NCBI GenBank assembly: GCA_013239625.1 | Contig: MU054220.1 | Coordinates: forward strand, 5,502,626-5,566,625 | Origin: Lama guanicoe | Lineage: Eukaryota | Direction: 5' to 3' | Length of the DNA stretch: 64,000 nucleotides | Shown here: piece by piece, positions 59,120 through 64,000 of the stretch | How the letters are laid out: each line of letters opens with the position of its first letter | How positions within the stretch are numbered: position 1 is the first letter of the stretch | Made by a program: the position numbers and the translations under genes | The notes under the pieces: generated by a model | Told to the model about the DNA's origin: nothing | The model's database searches: none | What the model saw: only the letters and a program-made list of their open reading frames with translations

Positions 59120-60202
59120 CTCTCCAGCAATGATGGGGTAAAACCACTGTCTAAAATGAGTCTTGTCTGCCTCCAGAGCCTGTGTGCTCTGCGGTAATAC
59201 CTGCGCTCTCTCCCTAGCAGGTTTTGAGATTAGAAAAAAAAAAATATCCTGCTAGCTGGTAGTTTTCAGCTTCCAAGCTTTAAAGAAAGGCCACAGCTTA
59301 TAAACAGGCATAACAGCTAACTCAGGGGAAATTCCTTGAATTAGAAGGCTCCTGTGTCTGCGAAGGAATGGCTGTGTCTCCCAGGCAGGCCTCGCACGTT
59401 TGGGCCTATCGAGTGAGGACAAGCAGACACCGGAGGGCTAGATGCACTCTCACTGGGCCTTGGCTCTCTGGCTCGGACCACGGACCCTGCTGATGCTTTG
59501 GGCTTGTACTGAGGGTTCCAGAAGGGCTTCTCTCTGAATCACTCAGAATTTACCTCCAAGCAGGCAAAGAGCCTGACATTATCCAAAGGTGAAGAAAGAA
59601 CCTAAAGCAGGACTCAGAGCAAGTAAAAAGGAATCTGGATGTGGTCAATGCCTCTCAGTAACTACACTCCATTGGCTTTGAAAAATAGCCCAATTATCCT
59701 CAATTTCAGTGTGCAGAAAAATGATGAAACAACGTGACCTCATACCATAAATCCCCCACACATAAACACTCCCTGTGCAATTAATCATCGCTCTAAAGTG
59801 TCCTCATCTACGGGAAACAAATGGTCAGTTCTGTCTGTCACCCAGTGGAGGCATGAAACAGTCACAGAGTAAGACCATTCTTGGTGATAGGAACCATCAA
59901 AGAAAGGGGTTGGGTTTCTAGGTTAGTGAATGTGCTAGCTGTCAAGGCACCTGTGATAAAGCACAGGGTAGTGATGGAAAGAACCTGGCCATTTATAATT
60001 CATCAGCATGACTTTGCCATCCAGAAAGGGTGTGAGAAAAGATCCTAGAATTCCAATCAGGATGCCTGGTTGCTGTTTCTATGTAGGACCTTGGGCAATT
60101 GTAGAGGGAAGAGTTCAGGACCTGAAGGCAGAGGACTTGCTTTAAAGTTTCAGCTCTCACAGTTGTCATGTCATCTGGGTGGGCCTGGGCAAAGTCACTT
60201 CC

Positions 60203-60605
60203 TGTGGCACAGATGGCTCTATGTTCATGCACAATGATTCTCTGCTCTTCCTAAACACAGTCAGGCTGCTTTTCCTAGGCTCCTTATAGTCTGTTTGGCC
60301 ATACTGCCGAGTTCTGGTTAATGGGATGTGGGTGGAAGGAATGGAGGTCACTCACAGGCCAGGACTGTCAAAACCTCCCTTCATTCTCTCTCCTTTTCCT
60401 CATAGAGGCCAAGTACAGGGCATCTTTCTAGGGACTCCAAGAGGCTGCCAGAGGACTCTGGCTTCCTAAATGGAGTAAAGACCATTTTTATCTCCCTACT
60501 TCACCTACCACCCTCAGCCTGCCACGTGGACTTTATATAAGTGGGTAAATCCACTGAGACTTCAGGATATATCTGTTAGTAGTTAGCATTAACGTCTTAA
60601 TTACA
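60203..60605 (+). mobile_element. MaLR LTR (MLT1J-like)
   Basis: 'gccatactgccgagttctggttaatgggatgtgggtggaagg', 'atccactgagacttcaggatatatctgttag...cttaattaca'. Confidence 0.7.
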
Positions 60606-60639
60606 GTGGTGATAAGAAAAGCTCATTTTTTTAAATATC

Positions 60640-60684
60640 TTACAATTTTATTTGTCGATGATACTGCAATAAAGCTGAAAAAAA
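60640..60684 (+). mobile_element. Tiny L1 3' terminal fragment
   Basis: 'tacaattttatttgtcgatgatactgcaataaagctgaaaaaaa' matches an old L1M poly(A) end. Confidence 0.55.
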
Positions 60685-61164
60685 TTACATATAAATCACT
60701 TAGTCTTGTATCTCTATATAGTTCTTATCTGGTGTGATGCTTCCTCAATAAGCCCATATATTTTTCTGTTCTTCTACATCTCTGTACCATCTGTTTGTCT
60801 TCCATGACCCCAACTAACGCCACCCTTTAGCATGTGGGTGGCATTAACACAAAACTTTTCTATACTGCCGTTCTGTTTCCTTTTTCCTCCCAGAATACAG
60901 ATTCTCAGAAACAGGATACACGATTTAAAATTAATAAGAATAAGTGAAAGAAGATTTTAAAAACCTCAAAATGTAACATAGAAGAAAAGAGGGGAAAAAA
61001 ACACAAGGGAAATCATGTGAATGTAACATGTTTTTAAGAAATCATTATGGGGTAAATTGAACTATTTGAAATATTTGGTTCTCTGCTAAAATTAAAGGAG
61101 GGAAAACATTTATGATACTTTCATAGTGATTCCTACTTAAATAAGGATTAAACTGAACACCTGA

Positions 61165-61360
61165 TTTGTTGAGCCCTTATGTTAAGGTAGGCTTTGGGCT
61201 TCCATGAACTCTCTCTTACGGCCTTCAAAACAGTAATTTTATAAGTTCTTTTAATGTTCCTATTTCCCAGTTGAAGCTGAGACGTACAGAGGTAAGCTAT
61301 CTTGTCTGATCTCATGTTCACGTGTGGTGGAGCAGCGACTTGCTTGAAACCTCAGTCTGC
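61165..61360 (-). mobile_element. MIR relic
   Basis: 'ttgttgagcccttatgttaagg...cctatttcccagttgaagctgagacgtacagaggtaagctatcttg'. Confidence 0.55.
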
Positions 61361-62699
61361 TCTGCATAATAAAGATGGTAATGTCTGCCTCATTTACCCA
61401 GAATGTTATCACATGTGTCACATGAGTTAGGAGATAAGCACTTGGGAGACTAAAAACATCACATACATGCCAGACATTATTATTATTGATCTCACTGAGC
61501 TTTACTTTTTATAACCATAACAGTTGTTCTACTTAAACACTGTTTTTAACACAGTAACATGGAACATTTCCATGTTCCATGGAGGCAGGTGACAGTGACA
61601 ACCTAACAGCCCTTGCCATGTGAATGGCATTTAGCGGTGAGAAGTGCAAGGTAGAGCAGGGAGCGTGAGAGTGAGTATAAGCAGAAAGTTGAAGCAGGAA
61701 GAAGTATTTATACAAATTCTTCTCTTATTTCATCCTCTCCTCCCCTATTCCCTGCAACTATTTCCTTTGATTTGTAATTAGGCATGCCATTACGAACTGA
61801 TACACAACATTCTAAATAATCCTGTCATTTCTCAAGTGGCTGGTATAATACTCAGAGCAGTTCAGGTACTAGGACTTAAGGAATCAGGAAAATTCAGCTT
61901 TTATGAGTTTAAAGAAAATTGTTATAGCCCATACTAGTTGATACTGATGTTCAATTCTGATGGAATTCTCAGTCCATGCCAGATCTTAGGACATAAAGAA
62001 ACAGGAAAAATCAGGTTTTATGGTTTTTGCTTTAGGAAAAAAAAGTAAGTCATTATGCCATTTGCCAATTGACGCAAGTTTACTTCAAACTTAGAAGGGA
62101 AAAATTCATGACAGATTATTGAAGTACATTTTTAGCATGTCTGTCATCAAGTTTTAATTCAAATATAATTAAATCAAACAAGCTATAGGGCTCTGATATG
62201 TTTCTGACTTGCAGAAATGTTTAACTTAATGAGTGACATTCATGGAGTGTTAAATTAGCATCAGGAAATTTCTTATATACACGATCTGTATCTGCTTGGC
62301 AACAAGAAAGATCTAGAAACTTTGAGGCTGTCTTCCTGCATGACAACAATTGGACTGAAGAGTGCTGTACATTTACATAGACCCTGCATTGTCTGCTTTG
62401 CCACAGTCTTCACCACTCCCTATTGCTTCTCAACACAGTCGTCAAGGGTCAGTTCCCACTTAACCCCATCCATCTTGACTGTTTGCCCCATTTACACTGT
62501 TTTTATGCTTCCTGTGCTGAATCTACTATCTGTGCTTTAGAATATAGCTTCTCTGGGAAGACAATATTTAGTGCTGATAAAATCACACCCTTCCCCCTGT
62601 TGCTTCTGGAGCAGAGATAATGTACTACTCATTCTGGATATTGAGTAAGGCAAGCTTTCCGATGTTTGTTCAGGGATTGTGCATTTTGCATAAAAATCC

Positions 62700-63282
62700 T
62701 CCCTTACCATCCCTCCTCAACTTGATTATCCTCTGTTTATCATTTGAACTCACTGCTACAGTCACTTCCACCAGGAAAACTTCCGTAGCCTCAGCCACCT
62801 CAACATGCTGGGTTGGCTCTGCTTTATATGTTTTTAAATAGCACCATATGCTCATTTCTGTCAAAGGACTTAATTGCAATTGTTAATTTACTTGCTTACC
62901 TATCCCACTAAAACATGAACTTGGAAAACTTATCACCCCTTCTGGATATGCCATGTTCTATCCTGTCACCATGCCTTTGTATATGCTGTTTCCTCTTCCT
63001 CGAATGCCCTCTCCCATCTGCAGCACTCTCCTTGGCGCAGGTAAATGCTACACATCTTTGAGGGCTTCTCAAGCATTGCCTTTTCAGTGAAACTTTCCAT
63101 CGAACCTTTACACTGGCTTGGCTCCCCTAACCAGTACAATGCAATTCTAGACTATGATACCTGTCACAAGGTACTCTGCCTCTCACACTGTCATGTCTTT
63201 GACATGAGAAAGAGCCTTGAGGGAAAATAAGTCTTTATTCTCTATAACTTAAGCATTAAGTGGTATGCCTGGCATGTGATAG
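62700..63282 (+). mobile_element. L2 3' fragments (two adjacent pieces)
   Basis: 'gtcacttccaccaggaaaacttcc', 'catgcctttgtatatgctgtttcctcttcctcgaatgccct', 'gagccttgaggg...tatgcctggcatgtgatag'. Confidence 0.65.
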
Positions 63283-63345
63283 ATTTTATATATATATATA
63301 TAATTAAATATATATATATTTTTTAGATTTTATATATATGTGTAT

Positions 63346-63377
<32 letters not shown>
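63280..63377. repeat. Compound (TA)n/(TG)n microsatellite with duplicated TAGATTTTATATATAT unit
   Basis: Seen directly; the unit starts at 63280 and 63324. Confidence 0.9.
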
Positions 63378-63799
63378 TTGACAAAAATCCATCTTGAACA
63401 GTTTGAGGAAAAAAAACACATTAGACATTTGTTTGCCCAGATATCATACAGTACAACTTTGTCATACGAAGGGCAAATTTGCAACTTACAATCGTGCTCA
63501 AAAACTTTGAGCTCATCATGACTATCTCTTCATCTAACAGCTCTAACTAATCAACTTGATTCACTGTGTACTGAGTCCAAAAATCCTAGGAAAGAGCCAG
63601 AATTAGTAGTTTGATTATGGTTTCTCTTCCTTGGACCCACGAACTCCAGCTGGGAGAAAGTCACACATTTTGTAAAGTGGCTACTTGGGTGGTTACCATG
63701 TGGGGAGTGGAGGAAGGGCCAGAAGAGTGGGGGCAGGTCAGGCAAAACAGTATGTCCACTTAATTCCCTGGCTAGATAGTTAGGAATTGGTATCTATTT

Positions 63800-63990
63800 A
63801 ATTGACAGTCACTTATCAAGTATCTATCATATCTAGATACAAAAAATGCAGCAATGAATAAACTAGATAAAGTCATTCCTGTCATACAATGGACAATTTT
63901 TCCATTCATCAAAAAATATTTACTGGGCACCTACTGTATACAAAGGCTGTACTAGGAAGTATGATGAGGTGAAAGTGAACGATGCAAAGA
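63800..63990 (-). mobile_element. L2 3' ends, antisense
   Basis: 'ccattcatcaaaaaatatttactgggcacctactgtatacaaaggctgtactagg'. Confidence 0.6.
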
Positions 63991-64000
63991 TATATTTACA

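Noticed and set aside
58606..59130. 174-aa minus-strand ORF
   Set aside because: Its first ~70 codons are MER58A sequence, it has no ATG start and no recognisable domain.
1..64000. Novel multi-gene system (defence, CRISPR-like, retron-like, operon)
   Set aside because: No intact genes, RNA genes or regular arrays were found. The short ORFs in the track are consistent with random or repeat-derived frames.

Overview
This is 64 kb of AT-rich (roughly 38-40% GC by eye), CpG-depleted placental-mammal genomic DNA, either intronic or intergenic. I found no recognisable host protein-coding exon, RNA gene, CRISPR array or CpG island. The only ORFs with real protein homology are disrupted LINE-1 ORF2 fragments. 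A large part of the window is interspersed repeat: two L1s of 1.9-2.8 kb and two short 3' L1 copies, all with visible target-site duplications; older L1M 3' ends; more than 20 MIR and several L2 relics; MaLR, ERVL, ERV1 and Gypsy-type solo LTRs; and hAT and Tigger MITEs, several of them nested. The youngest L1 3' end resembles what I recall of camelid L1s, and I saw no Alu, B1, Bov-tA, PRE-1 or Can-SINE, so a camelid genome is my tentative guess. The most interesting observations are an internally deleted, TSD-flanked L1 inside an MLT1 LTR; a ~200-bp L1 3' copy truncated just short of the 3'UTR G-quadruplex; multi-level TE nesting; and several repeat-free, motif-dense blocks that look like developmental enhancers. 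I did not find a convincing novel multi-gene system. Repeat family names come from recalled consensus similarity, not a database search, and boundaries without TSDs or TIRs are approximate.
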